From contig OZ024758.1 of NCBI GenBank assembly GCA_964016885.1, positions 3,596,001 through 3,660,000 of the forward strand: DNA of 64,000 bases. The letters run 5' to 3'. Below, in pieces: positions 15,179-30,050 of this stretch (positions within the stretch are counted from its first letter, which is position 1; each line of letters opens with the position of its first letter). The notes beneath the pieces are model-generated. The model worked only from the letters and a program-made list of their open reading frames with translations, was not told the origin of the DNA and made no database searches. This stretch comes from Eledone cirrhosa (Eukaryota). The position numbers were made by a program, and so were the translations under genes.

Positions 15179-15251
<73 letters not shown>

Positions 15252-15359
15252 TGTGTGTGTGTGTGTGTGTGTGCGTTTATGTATGTTGTATGTATGTATT
15301 TATAATTGTATTTATCTTGACAAGAAATCAAGAAAGGAGGAGTGAAACATTTATACTTT

Positions 15360-15398
<39 letters not shown>

Positions 15399-16090
15399 TT
15401 GTGTTTATAAATGAATTCTCAACTGTGCATATATTTACACATACCTTTGTTTTATATAACATCTCTACTCAGTTTCTACGTGCCTAACACTGTTGGAAAC
15501 TCTGTACTTTGGATTCTCGTTAAAGCTAAAAGTCTAGGATGGTTGAAATCAGACAACTGTCACGTAGCACTATTAGATAAAAGCGCAGTGTATAATTAGC
15601 AACACGATAGAATCTGACGGCCCGCAGTTCAATTAACACACCTGAGTTCCTGTTATTGTAAATACTTCCTTTAAAGATTTCTCAACGCAATTAGCCAGAT
15701 CCGATAATTGTACTCTATTCTTAATATATTTCTTAACTATCTACAGAATTACTCTTGATGTCTGTAATCGAATAATATTTTTAATCACGAATCCCTAACT
15801 AGATAAAATAGTGGATGCTGGATCTTTTAAAGACAAGGGTTGAAAGAAACTGAGGGGTGGTAGAATTTTGGGCAGGAGGGCCATCCCCCCCCTCTTCTTC
15901 CACCACCACCACCACCACTAATTATATTTTTCTCTCCTAACTGCCAAAACACACATCTATTTGTAAATACTCTACAATGTTATGTTTATCACATATCGAA
16001 TTTTTATATATATTGGTTAATATTTGATAATATATTATGTTAACTTTCATAGGGATTTTATTGTCATAACTTTTTCTCCACATATCCCCA

Positions 16091-16270
16091 TTTGCCAATT
16101 GTTAGTATATGTATTGCCAAAGTGCTACAACGTGTATTGCCAGTTGCTAGTATGTCTATTACCAATTGCTAGTATATGTATTTCCAATTGCTAGTAGGTG
16201 TATTGCCAATTGCTAGTGTGTGTATTACCAATTGCTAGTATTTGTATTACGAATTGCTAGTATATGTATT
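16091..16270. repeat. 22-bp minisatellite (TTGCCAATTGCTAGTATATGTA), ~8 units
   Basis: Direct reading of units. Confidence 0.9.
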
Positions 16271-16707
16271 CGGAGACAGATTTCATAGGTCATTTTCCAA
16301 TAATCACTTTATAATTATGGAAATCTATAAATGTAATATTAACTGCTTCGACTCAAATTGCATTTTCGGGCCCTTTTAGAGTGCAAAGATGTAAACTAAT
16401 CACTACAACTAAATTGAACAGATCCCCCCTCCCCGCCCACTCCTAATTCAGAAATGCTTCCATCACCCATGTAACTATTGTATAATTTTCCATCTTTTCT
16501 TTATAAATATTCGAATTAGAGCGAAATATCATTACCTTATAATTCTTTATTTCTTTAAATATTGAGAAGTATAGCACTTATTTTTATTAGTACCGTTACG
16601 CTGTATATTCTGTTAATTTCAAAACTATAAACTGCTCTATGGTTGATTTATGTATACTGATTATCACCAATATATATGAAAATCAATAGATTCAGATCAT
16701 AAGAAAA

Positions 16708-16894
16708 TAATTGTTTCTACTTTTGGTACAAGGCCAGCAATTACACAGTGCACAACTGGTACTTTATTTTATCGACCCAGTAAGAATGAAAGGCAAAGTT
16801 TACCTCGGCGGGATTTGAACTCAGAATGGCAAGGGCCGTAACTTTATGCTTCAAAGCATGGCGTCAGACCCTCTACCGATACTGCCAATCCACC
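16708..16894 (-). mobile_element. SINE-A full copy
   Basis: Matches the within-window family consensus. Confidence 0.9.
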
Positions 16895-17288
16895 ATATTT
16901 ATTGCCAGAAATAATAATAAAACACACTCACTCTTTGGTTTGGATTGGTTTTCGCTTCTGTATCATTTATATCTCCATAGTTAATTTATCTGACAATCAA
17001 TGTTATATATATACGTGTGAGTGTGTGTGTGTTCATGTGCGTGAGTGTGTTTATGTGTTTGTATGTATGTGTATAGGCATGTTCTACAAAATGTACCGTC
17101 TTTTAACATCTAACTCCACCAATGAGCCATATTTATTAATGAAATGGGATCACTCTCATTCAATATTGATTTTTGTGCATCTTTAATATATGTACTTTTA
17201 TATGAACACATTGTACTAGTTATGGTGTTCTCCTTTCACACACCGCTCTCTATACATATATATATATACACATGTATATATACATATT

Positions 17289-17327
<39 letters not shown>

Positions 17328-17913
17328 ACAGTTTTTGAAAAGCTTACAATTTACTCCAACTGTGGAGTTCTAGATTGTTTGATCATTAACATATATCATA
17401 TTACTTGACCAGAAAGCTATCCGCACGGGAATATATAATATAGTTTATTTGTACAGAGTTCATCTTAATCTTATTATACAAACAATGCCCTCCTATCATG
17501 AAACGGAATACAAAGGTTATAAGTGAGAAATTATGTGTCTAAAATTTCGTGTAGTATTCTGCTTTCGTTGGTGATTGTGAGTTTGTTTCAACTTGTACTT
17601 ATACTTCTGACCTTTGCAATCAGATAGAATTTAGGTAAAAACAAACAAAAATAATAATAATAAAAGACAAGCTAAGACCTGAAACACTCAAGTGTCATCA
17701 ATATCAGGAAACGATGTCATAACACCATCCTAATAACTTTTGTTTATAAGAGATATCAGATTTAACGGATACTGACCGGAAATTAAAACTACCACCATAC
17801 ACTAAAGTACATTCATATACATAACATATACTTCGATCAGTATTGAGGTATAATCACACGCACATACACTCTTATATATACACACACACACATTATATAT
17901 ATATATATATATA

Positions 17914-17947
<34 letters not shown>

Positions 17948-18343
17948 ATCTACCGTGCTACGACCGAGGGGACTACTAATCAGGGAGTACTCAATATATG
18001 GGGAGGTGCAGAGTAGGTATATATATATATATATATATGTGTGTATATATAAATATGCATTGTATATACATATATTAAGTTAGACATGGCCTGGGTCAAT
18101 ACTTGCCGAAATCTATCAACGTTATCAAAGATATATATATATATATATTTATATAGGAACAAGTATCACCCCGACGGCAGAGCTCATGTATCTATGTATG
18201 TATAATAATACAATAATGACGATTTGTTAAGCCTCCATTACGTTTATTGATTGGTAACGCACGTTTCGCTATTGATCAGCTCATGGTTCCATCTCTATCG
18301 ATATGGCGCCACTCTGGATTTATATATATATATATAAATGTTT

Positions 18344-18402
<59 letters not shown>

Positions 18403-18890
18403 CGCCCGTCGTTTCCGACTACATGGTAAACAATTGATTATATTCAAGGTAACAATCTGTTCGCATATCTAACCTGCAAGTGGCTGAGTATTCCAATCAC
18501 ATGCATTCTTAACCTATTTCGAATGGTTTTTCAGTTCCGCAGAGTAACAGACAATGCTGGTCCCTTGAAATGCAAATACAACACATCTTTACCAGATTAA
18601 ATCTCAATATAAAGTAAAGTTTAAAAAATGTTTTTTTTATCACTGTAGGTTCCGTAACATCGTCATTCAGAGTTTAGGCAAATGGTTATCTTAGAGGCTG
18701 ACATGTTTGGTTCGTCACCGAATAATTTGATCTCTTTCCCCAATGAAAGGATATCATTTTAAGAGATATTATTTCACAAAGCAACGATACTATCAGTTAT
18801 ATCTACAATCTATAAAACTCTTGCATATATGCGTGCGATGGTGAATATATATATAAATTGATACATACACATATACATATATCTGTATAG

Positions 18891-18894
<4 letters not shown>

Positions 18895-18922
<28 letters not shown>

Positions 18923-18929
18923 TGTATCA

Positions 18930-18960
<31 letters not shown>

Positions 18961-18965
18961 TGTAT

Positions 18966-19002
<37 letters not shown>

Positions 19003-19007
19003 TGTAT

Positions 19008-19045
<38 letters not shown>

Positions 19046-19223
19046 CAATATATATATATATATATATATATGAATGTATCAATATATATATATATATATA
19101 TATATGAATGTATCAATATATATATATATATATATATATATGAATGTATCAATATATATATATATATATATATATATGAATGTATCAATATATATATATA
19201 TATATATATATATGAATGTATCA

Positions 19224-19254
<31 letters not shown>

Positions 19255-19259
19255 TGTAT

Positions 19260-19294
<35 letters not shown>

Positions 19295-19299
19295 TGTAT

Positions 19300-19334
<35 letters not shown>

Positions 19335-19339
19335 TGTAT

Positions 19340-19376
<37 letters not shown>

Positions 19377-19381
19377 TGTAT

Positions 19382-19418
<37 letters not shown>

Positions 19419-19457
19419 TGTATCAATATATATATATATATATATATATGAATGTAT

Positions 19458-19494
<37 letters not shown>

Positions 19495-19499
19495 TGTAT

Positions 19500-19534
<35 letters not shown>

Positions 19535-19747
19535 TGTATCAATATATATATATATATATATATATATGAATGTATCAATATATATATATATATATATATA
19601 TGAATGTATCAATATATATATATATATATATATATGAATGTATCAATATATATATATATATATATATATGAATGTATCAATATATATATATATATATATA
19701 TATGAATGTATCAATATATATATATATATATATATATATGAATGTAT

Positions 19748-19784
<37 letters not shown>

Positions 19785-19789
19785 TGTAT

Positions 19790-19824
<35 letters not shown>

Positions 19825-19831
19825 TGTATCA

Positions 19832-19862
<31 letters not shown>

Positions 19863-19867
19863 TGTAT

Positions 19868-19904
<37 letters not shown>

Positions 19905-19911
19905 TGTATCA

Positions 19912-19942
<31 letters not shown>

Positions 19943-19947
19943 TGTAT

Positions 19948-19982
<35 letters not shown>

Positions 19983-20025
19983 TGTATCAATATATATATA
20001 TATATATATATATATGAATGTATCA

Positions 20026-20056
<31 letters not shown>

Positions 20057-20061
20057 TGTAT

Positions 20062-20102
<41 letters not shown>

Positions 20103-20107
20103 TGTAT

Positions 20108-20150
<43 letters not shown>

Positions 20151-20155
20151 TGTAT

Positions 20156-20192
<37 letters not shown>

Positions 20193-20197
20193 TGTAT

Positions 20198-20240
<43 letters not shown>

Positions 20241-20245
20241 TGTAT

Positions 20246-20282
<37 letters not shown>

Positions 20283-20287
20283 TGTAT

Positions 20288-20330
<43 letters not shown>

Positions 20331-20335
20331 TGTAT

Positions 20336-20378
<43 letters not shown>

Positions 20379-20383
20379 TGTAT

Positions 20384-20422
<39 letters not shown>

Positions 20423-20427
20423 TGTAT

Positions 20428-20470
<43 letters not shown>

Positions 20471-20474
20471 TGTA

Positions 20475-20514
<40 letters not shown>

Positions 20515-20518
20515 TGTA

Positions 20519-20562
<44 letters not shown>

Positions 20563-20566
20563 TGTA

Positions 20567-20608
<42 letters not shown>

Positions 20609-20613
20609 TGTAT

Positions 20614-20656
<43 letters not shown>

Positions 20657-20661
20657 TGTAT

Positions 20662-20706
<45 letters not shown>

Positions 20707-20711
20707 TGTAT

Positions 20712-20762
<51 letters not shown>

Positions 20763-20767
20763 TGTAT

Positions 20768-20818
<51 letters not shown>

Positions 20819-20859
20819 TGTATCAATATATATATATATATATATATATATGAATGTAT

Positions 20860-20900
<41 letters not shown>

Positions 20901-20905
20901 TGTAT

Positions 20906-20942
<37 letters not shown>

Positions 20943-20990
20943 TGTATCAATATATATATATATATATATATATATGAATGTATATATATA
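18895..20990. repeat. Compound VNTR: GAATGTATCA + (AT)n, ~50 units of ~34-56 bp
   Basis: Near-invariant 10-bp core separated by variable TA tracts. Confidence 0.97.
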
Positions 20991-21290
20991 TATGTATGTA
21001 TGTATATATTCCCAAATCCACGTACGGTAATGATAAATCATCTGTCTGAAGAACGTCAGTGTTATATAGAATATAACAATATACGTCGTTGTAAACACCA
21101 GCTTCAAGCTTCGTATCTTTTGCTATTTCATTTTGTCATTTACATATTCAATGAGACAGAAATAACTTCTTCAATGTATATTATATCATTTAGCTGTCTA
21201 GATATTCGTGTAGAGGAGATATATTTCATTATCGGGATATTTCCTTATACTTACATGAATTTTGTCTGAATCTGATTGACAAGAAGTACA

Positions 21291-21390
21291 TTAGTTTAGC
21301 TCATTATTGAGATATCTTTTGAAGTATACATCTCATCACTTTAGTTTAGCTCATTATTGAGATATCTTTTGAAGTATACATCTCATCACT
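21291..21390. repeat. Exact 50-bp tandem duplication
   Basis: TTAGTTTAGCTCATTATTGAGATATCTTTTGAAGTATACATCTCATCACT x2. Confidence 0.95.
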
Positions 21391-21841
21391 GCTACTACGA
21401 ATGTTTTCATGGCAATATATTGTGACTTAATTTATTTCAATCAGCTTTCTTATACGATCACATTGAAGATGATGTACTTAATAGCTTTTCATATGAAATC
21501 ATCGTTAATATCAACAGAGTAAGTAGAGGCTTAGATTATATACCATGTGAAATCCAGCCAGAATTTCAATCTCTCTATTGTGGGATCAAGTCCGAATTGC
21601 AAACGGAGGGTGATTTTAAATCTCTCTTCTTCTCTCTCTCTTTCTTTCTCTCTCTCTCTATCTATCTATCTCTGTCTATCTGTCTATTTATATATATAAT
21701 GAGAGGTACACACATATATATGCATAAATACATACACATGTATATATATACACATACTTTTTCACAAGTATGTGAGATTGTGTGTTATCGACCTTAACCA
21801 GTGTTGCTATAATCATAGAGCAACACTGGTTTCTTCCTACT

Positions 21842-22416
<575 letters not shown>

Positions 22417-23094
22417 ACCGAAAGAATTGGTTAATTATCTCAGAGGTCAAGACACTGTACATTTCTGTACAGTGATCAATTCGTCCTCTAAATTATTTTT
22501 CTCAACTCTTCTCTATCACTTTCTAATCTTCTTTGGATGAAATAATTCGGATCACTAGATTTAAAATACCCACGAAATAAGGTATCCGGAGTTACGGGTA
22601 CATACATATAAACAGAGAGTTAGTTAGAAAGGAAGAAAGATTGACAACCTGACAGATAGATATATAGATAAGGTATAGCAGCAAAACTTGCAACCGAAAT
22701 TAAAAGGATCTGGTACATATATTACTGCGACTATATTCCAAAAATTACCTAATCATTATACTAATTCGTTTCCTAATATACATATACGCGGACGTGCTTT
22801 GCAAATCTGAGTACAATTCTGTAATCCCTACTGGCATTAAATGTCCATTTGATATAAATTGGTTTCAAGTGTAATGTTCACAAAGATTTCGTAATTAACA
22901 TGTTGATGTCAACTGATATGCTCAAAATTCTAAATGATATTGCATCATGTTAATTAGCTGTCTTCGAGTTTTACACATTTACGTCAGAAATCTCTGAAGG
23001 AAAAAAAAAAACACATTTTCCATGTAACACCCATTAGTATACACTCGCAAACAGGCATCAAACTATTCACGCAGGCGCACACGCACACGTACAT

Positions 23095-23149
<55 letters not shown>

Positions 23150-23152
<3 letters not shown>

Positions 23153-23247
23153 GGTGTCCTAAAAATGTATACACATTAGTATACACTCGCAAACAGGCAT
23201 CAAAATATACACATAGGCGCACACACACACACGCACGCACGCACGGA

Positions 23248-23279
<32 letters not shown>

Positions 23280-23384
23280 CATATATATGTGTCCTAAAAA
23301 TGTATAGACATTTCAATACTATTCTAATAAATGTTGACTGTACAGGTAATAAAAGTGTGTATACATTTTGGGGGGGACAACATG
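23150..23384. mobile_element. Tc1/mariner-type MITE with internal rearrangement
   Basis: TA-CAGGGTGTCCTAAAAATGTATACAC ... GTGTATACATTTTGGGGGGGACAACATG-TA; same TIR at 42632-42734 and 57465-57497. Confidence 0.6.
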
Positions 23385-23419
<35 letters not shown>

Positions 23420-23530
23420 ATGGGAGTATATGTGTGTTGCGTTGACTTGCGTATGCATATTATTAATATTAAAGTTTAAGCAAATAATCGCAGCTTTCAC
23501 CCTTAACGGGATCTTCACATTTATTATTAT

Positions 23531-23571
<41 letters not shown>

Positions 23572-24080
23572 TACGCAAGCATATATAAATATATATAGCT
23601 AGCGAGATACATAGGTAGATTTATATATGTATGGACACCAACATGCGTGAGCATAAAGACAGGAAACTTATCCAATGGAGGACCTGTGGTCCATCAAATC
23701 TTTCATTAGTAGCTATAAGCTATATTCTCTCCGTGGAACTGATTTCATAAACACACCTGTTTACCGCTAATGATCACGGTAATAGCTCCGTTCTGGAGAG
23801 TATCCTGTGATTCATCCCGGGGGTTTATTTTCTTTGCATATAAATATTCAACTCTGTTCGATCATTTCAAGTAGAATGAAAATTCTATTCTGTTTCCAAC
23901 CCAACTATTTTGAACATGAGTTCTATATCTACCCGTTTAGTAATGTTAGAATTAGTAATATTCTTATTTTGGGAGGTTTCTAACAATTTCTTCCACCAAA
24001 TGCCATGATAGACTTATTTGTGTTTACAACAAATTTTAACCAATCCCCTTGACAACTACAATCTTCCCATATAAGGAAGT

Positions 24081-24176
24081 ACCCCTTGACAAGTTCGGCT
24101 ATTTATTCACCAGGCAAAAAATTCTAATTTAGTCCAGAAATAGCCGTCGAAACGGTTTGAGCTCTGCCGTCGGGGT
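24081..24176 (+). ncRNA. Type I hammerhead ribozyme (family B), U3-A8 core, extended stem II
   Basis: Stem I ACCCC/GGGGU; core UUGACAA; stem II G..CGGCUAUUU/AAAUAGCCG.C; GAAA; stem III ACGGU/GCCGU; GUC triplet, predicted cleavage after 24171. Confidence 0.8.
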
Positions 24177-24270
24177 CATACTTTTCCTATTTCCCCCTCT
24201 ACTACCTTAAGTATTGAGTACTCTGGTGCGTTATGGTCCATCTGGTTCCTTACCACAATTCCTTTGTTTG
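24081..24270 (+). mobile_element. Family-B PLE-like 3' end (most complete copy)
   Basis: Hammerhead followed by tail AAGTATTGAGTACTCTGGTGCGTTATGGTCCATCTGGTTCCTTACCAC, then (TA)n. Confidence 0.8.
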
Positions 24271-25757
24271 TATATATATATATATATATATATATGTTTA
24301 TATATATATGTGTGTGTGCATGTATGGGTGATGTGTTTGTGCTGGCTGGCTTTTATGTGTACATACATATTTATCTTAATGTGTCTATAATATGAGAGTA
24401 GGAGACCATGATGTGTTTATCACCATACTTCAACATAGAGTCATATAAATAGTATTACTAATGGATAATATATACCTATATTCGAAATCGAGTGCATATG
24501 TGAGTGTGCATGTTTTGTATTTGTTTATATGTGTATGTGTCTCTTTGGGTTTGTGTTTGTGTGTGTAATATTGAGTGTATACGTATGTTTTTTGTGCATG
24601 TGTGTATATGTGTCTGAATGAGTTCAGTTTCTATAAATCACCACATCAGATACGTATAAATTCCATAGGAAAGAAGCTAATATTAAATATACATTATTAA
24701 TAAATGGATATCATATGTAATTTAGATATATTTAACCTACATTCATACGTCCTAATTGCTGAAGAATTTCTTTTGAACGCCGTTTCAAACAGTAATTGCA
24801 TTAAGTAATTATGATCTATAATAACTAATGTTAGATTGAAATGTTTTATTTTTGAAGTAAACTATATCTTTAATAGATTATTTTTCTTTTAGATTTACTA
24901 GTAATTTGTAACTAATAAAACTTTTAAAAGTTAAATAACTGACATTTGTAAATTCTTTTCCTGTCGATCATTCTTCATCTTCCTATCATCATCAACATGA
25001 CGACTTTCATAATCATAATCATCATCATCAACGTCAAGATCATCAACATCAACATCATTGCCATCATCAGCATCTTCATCGTCGTCGTCATCGTCATTAT
25101 CATTATCTTCCTTATCATCGTCATTATCTTTATCTTCCTTATCATCGTCATTCTACTTGAATCTGGACCGTTTACATTTTGAACTTTTCACTCTTAGTTT
25201 CGTCATGACAATGTAAATGGATTGCCCGTCTAGGGACTTGGCTTTTGTATATCCTTATTTATAAACACTACCCTTCGCACTATAAAAAATCATTCTGGTC
25301 AATAGTTGTGATTTAAAATCACACAATGTTTTTTTTAGCAAAAGAAAAGGATAATTAGGTATTTTCCTTTCCATTTACAGTACGTAACAGCGAAACCTTT
25401 TCACCTGCATATAACAGTAGCTTTCAATGTGAATAATACCTCAACTTCACCACTTTGGTTGTTAGAACCACCACAGCATTGGTATGTTATGGTATGTTCT
25501 CGTAATTTCTAAGGGAGTCCAAACGGCACCGAAATAACTTACGCTCATCCTTGGCCATTCTAAGGCGATACAATAATGTACCAGTAATGCACTGGGATAA
25601 TAAAAAAGATAATAAAAAAGAAGAGAAACAGTTATTGAAACAAAGGTTATTCAGATTGGGAGGAATAGGGCCACGTTATCGATACCATCTCAATTGATAG
25701 CAAGGACTGCTGAAATTGATCAATACCATATCGATGTATATTATTAAAAGAAAAAGA

Positions 25758-25945
25758 GGGCGGTGGATTGGCAGTATTGGTAGAGGGTTTGACGCCATGC
25801 TTTCCAGCATAGTTACGTCCCTTTACGATCTGAGTTCAAATCCCGCCGAGGTTGACTTTGCCTTTCATCCTTACGGGGTCGATAAAATAAAGTACCAGTA
25901 ATGCACTGGGTAATTGCTGGCCTTGTGCCTAAAGTAGAAACAATT
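25758..25945 (+). mobile_element. SINE-A full copy
   Basis: TGGCAGTATTGG A box, GAGTTCAAATCC B box, GCCTTTCATCCTTACGGGGTCGATAAAATAAAGTACCAG domain. Confidence 0.92.
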
Positions 25946-27059
25946 ATTAAAAGAAAAAGAAATGTATGTAGAGAAAGAATGCTAGAAAGAAAAAAACGTC
26001 TATAGGAGTGAACCAGAATTGTTTACTATTGACAGGGAAAATATGAAAAGCAATATTGTCTTCTGTGGGATTTGAACAATGCGTACAGAGCTCAAGAACT
26101 GACGCGCAAACGACTCTGTCTATTTGCGACCTATAACATAAACATCGTTATACAAATAAAATAGTTTTTCTGCAGTCGAGAACAAAATCAATATAGTCTT
26201 AATTGATAATTTGTATCAACGTTATAAAACTGCCATGCCAATAAAACTGTCAAATTCCAGTCGATATTAGTCTCACGTATTCCACATAATGATGCTAGTA
26301 AAATGACCAATCATCAGGTATTCTCTTCCATGTCTATTCCTAGTTTGTGTATGATCATTTCACTTAACGAACAACCTTCAGACCACAACGAGAAGGCAAA
26401 GGAAAACTTATGACAAGCAGCATTTAAGTTAGTTTTTAAATGTTTAATGCAACGACCATTAAAACCTAAATTGAAAAAAAAAAACTACTCAGCTTGGAGA
26501 AGTAATAGTAATCAACGTCCATTACTTGTACGCAAATATACTAGACATGTTTTGGTGTAATTCTGACCCTCTCTAGTGAAGCATTTCCTACTTGTTATTA
26601 ATAATGAGAGACAACCACGTATTAGATAGAGATAATTTGAACGTCATATTTGTCTATATATTCATAGATATATTGTTAAATCTCCCTGATATTTTCCATG
26701 TAGATAGTATTATTGAATACAATGTATCAGACTTAAACAGTTTGTTTTATTTCTCAGTTCTAGATGTTAACTTTAAATTATCATAAGAGGTATAAGTTAT
26801 ACCTCTTATGATAATTGCGCTTTAGACTAGTTATAAAGTTCCTCTCGTAAAATATACGATATATTTTAATGAAGTTGCATTTAACTTTGAAATTTCAGAG
26901 AATCCATTAATGACAAATGAATAATAATCCATGCTTCATAAATTTCAAATAATATTTCTCAGTAGCGATTCAAGATTTCATTAGAATACATTATATAGAG
27001 AAACTTAAGAAACTGAAGAAACTGAAGAAACATATTTCGTTAATAAGAAGGCGCTTTAT

Positions 27060-27253
27060 AATTATCGTTTCTACATTTGGCACAAGGCCAGCAATTATCC
27101 CAGTGTATTACTGGTACTTTATTTTATCGACCCCGTAAGGATGAAGGGCAAAGTTATCCTCGGCGGGATTTGAACTCAGACCATAAAGGGCCGTAACTCT
27201 TTGCTGCAAAGCATGGTGTCAGACCATCTACCGATACTGCCAATCCACCGCCC
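27060..27253 (-). mobile_element. SINE-A full copy
   Basis: Family consensus on minus strand. Confidence 0.92.
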
Positions 27254-28654
27254 TTTATAATTATGGGAGCCGTTTAGGGTTCGGGAACGTTATTGTTTAT
27301 ACCCATCTCAGCTCTGACAAAATATATTTATGAAACATCCAATCGAGGTATAACTATACCAATATATTGTGAAACAATATCAATATTTCAAACATGTTAA
27401 GGCCTGGTTGGAGCGGAATTTGGTTCTAGATGTTTAGCAATTTAATGAACGATGTAGAAATATTAATTTTGATAGAGGTGCTGGGATAAAACCGATTGCA
27501 ATGTTGCCTCTATATTCGAAAGATATCTATCTAATTAAATAAATAAATAAATAAAAAATGTCGTTCTACATGGCTGAATACAGTAAATGTAATCTGAGTT
27601 TTTCGAATATTAATAATAACATTCGATTTGTTTGCAATTATGCGAACATACCTCATTTTTAAAGTCATGTCAGTAGAATGAACCCTTCATTCTTGCTCTT
27701 GTGTTGGCATGTAAACAGAATTGCAGACACTAATGTATCACCCTTCATCAGTACAGCTCACTGTTCAACTGCCAACTGTCAGAGCTAGTGAAAATATATG
27801 CTATATACAGTGACTGATCGGCCTGATTTATCTAAATAAAGAATGATATAGTATACATGGTATTTATTGTTATAGCGGAAAAACGTAGTTGAGGGCATTG
27901 CCATTTTAAATAGAAATATAATAGGTAATATTGAAACAGCATTCCAAAAGCTGATTAATTTTACAAGTCCCTAACAGAATAGGACTGTTTACTATTTTGA
28001 TATATAATAACTATAGATGACAGAATAGGTTGAAGCAGTTGAAGAAACTTTTAACATGGACACATTCAATGCCTATGTAAGTTAACGTATCTATATTTTC
28101 ATGGGAAGTCTGAAAACATTATAATCTAGACAACCTCTCAGAAGTGATTAATTCATATCAAAACAATAGACCATGCTATGTTTTTTTACACAATAATGTT
28201 TCATTCTTCCTAGACACATCAAAATTCTGATTATCTGCTACTTTCCAAATAAAACGTATCGCACTTACAGTAATGATCGATGAGTTGGACGAATTTATTT
28301 GAATGATAATGATATATTTTAGTTTGTTACCCACATTGTTTCTTTTTAAAGTACTTTTATTCACACTCGGCAATAAATACATCAGCACAAATAAAATACT
28401 TCTCGATATTTGATTAGAAAGAAAGTAAAAAAAGTTTATGAAGGCAATAGACAAGAAAAACTTTAGCAAGAGTTATCACTTTCAGGTCAGAAGAAAAAGT
28501 ATATATCTATATGTGCGTGTGTGTGTTAAAGAAAATGATTGATTCGTTGTATATATATATATATGTGTGTGTGTGTGGTTTAGCTGGCCTCCACCAAGGT
28601 ATACCTCTTTGGATGTGTCTTGGGTGATTTAATGAGAGGGACCCCAGTCCTATC

Positions 28655-28799
28655 ATCTCATTTCTACAGCTGAGTAAACTGAAGCAACGTGAAATAAAGT
28701 GTCTTGCTCAAAGAAACAACACATCACCCGGTCCGAGAATTGAACTCACAACCTTTCGAATGCAAGCCCAATGCCCTAACCACTAAGCCATGCGCCTTC
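28655..28799 (-). mobile_element. SINE-C (tRNA head plus CORE-like domain)
   Basis: Minus strand GAAGGCGCATGGCTTAGTGG..GAGTTCAATTC..TTGAGCAAGACACTTT..CAGTTTACTCAGCTGTAGAAATGAG. Confidence 0.85.
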
Positions 28800-30050
28800 A
28801 TATATATACATGTATATACCGGTGTGTGTATAATAGAGAGTGCTTTTCGATGCATGGAACCGTCAAGTCAAATAAGACTTCCATTGTTCATTGGGCGATG
28901 TAATTATTTATATATAAAATAAGTACTTATCAACATTTATCATATTTAATATTGATATAACTGAAGGTTTCCAATTCCTAAATGTAATTATGTTTATATT
29001 TCATTGCTACACAGCCCCTTTCCTTAATGCATCTTAGGATAGTGGGCCATTTCTTAGAAGCTATATAGATGTTTGTTAGTGAAGAATATTGGTAATTTGT
29101 ATTATGCAGTGTTGATTGTTTTTTACTTTTCAGTTGCATTTCTGTTAAACACATATTTTGCTCGTCTGAAGCTATCTCATGGGAAATATATTGTACTAAT
29201 ATTGGTTAAAATGGTGTTTAGATTCTTTACTATAGGGAGGGATTTCAATTAGTATGTAAATATTTATGCATAACAATTGAAAAATTCACTTTTCCCTTTT
29301 CCTATATTGATTAAAATCCACAGATCTTTTCGATAAAAAATTAAGTCAAATTATTTTATATATATATATGAAAACATTTCCGAAATGTGTTTGCCACAGA
29401 CAGCACCCTTGTTGTTGGCAAAGGATTACACGCTGTTTCATTCCCCTGTATATTCTTGCGCTAAAGAAAAACGATATTGAAGCAATTTATGTACGTATCA
29501 CAACTAATTAGGCCCCTTTAACATAACAGTGTTTGTTTCTAACGTAACACAAATAATTACCATTCCTGTTTAAACACAGTTCCTACTTCATTCGTCCCAT
29601 AATCTCGACCCACACGTGTTTCTTGCCTGTGTACGACTGTATGTTTCAACACAGAGTTAGTTGTAGGTACTTAAGAGGAATAACTACCGTATCTATATTA
29701 TCTATCTTCGAGGGCTTTATGAATTGAGAGGGCAAAATCTATTTTCCGAAACTTCACTTTCAAATACAAACAAACTCATCGACCGGATATATATAAACAG
29801 AAGAAATAACGAATGAAGGAAAAAGGAACAAAATGATGGGCATTCTTTTAAATTATTTCCCATTTTGGTCAAAGCTCTGAAATTTCTCTTCTAATTATGT
29901 GTCATTGAAGAGTTATCAAATTCAAGCCTCTAATAACTATTTTCTTCACCTTCAAATTCGCTTCAAAACACTGCTTCAGCTTCAAAATGAAATATTTTTA
30001 AAAATCCGCTTCTATTACGTTATGATTTTACATTATTGTTATACAATATA

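Noticed and set aside
18895-20990. CRISPR-like repeat-spacer appearance
   Set aside because: Spacers are pure (AT)n, the repeat is only 10 bp, context is eukaryotic and there are no cas genes
25758-25850. SINE heads as tRNA genes
   Set aside because: A/B boxes present but no cloverleaf; they continue into SINE bodies
28029-28082. Candidate micro-exon VEAVEETFNMDTFNAY|GTAAGT
   Set aside because: No polypyrimidine tract at the acceptor and no homology recognised
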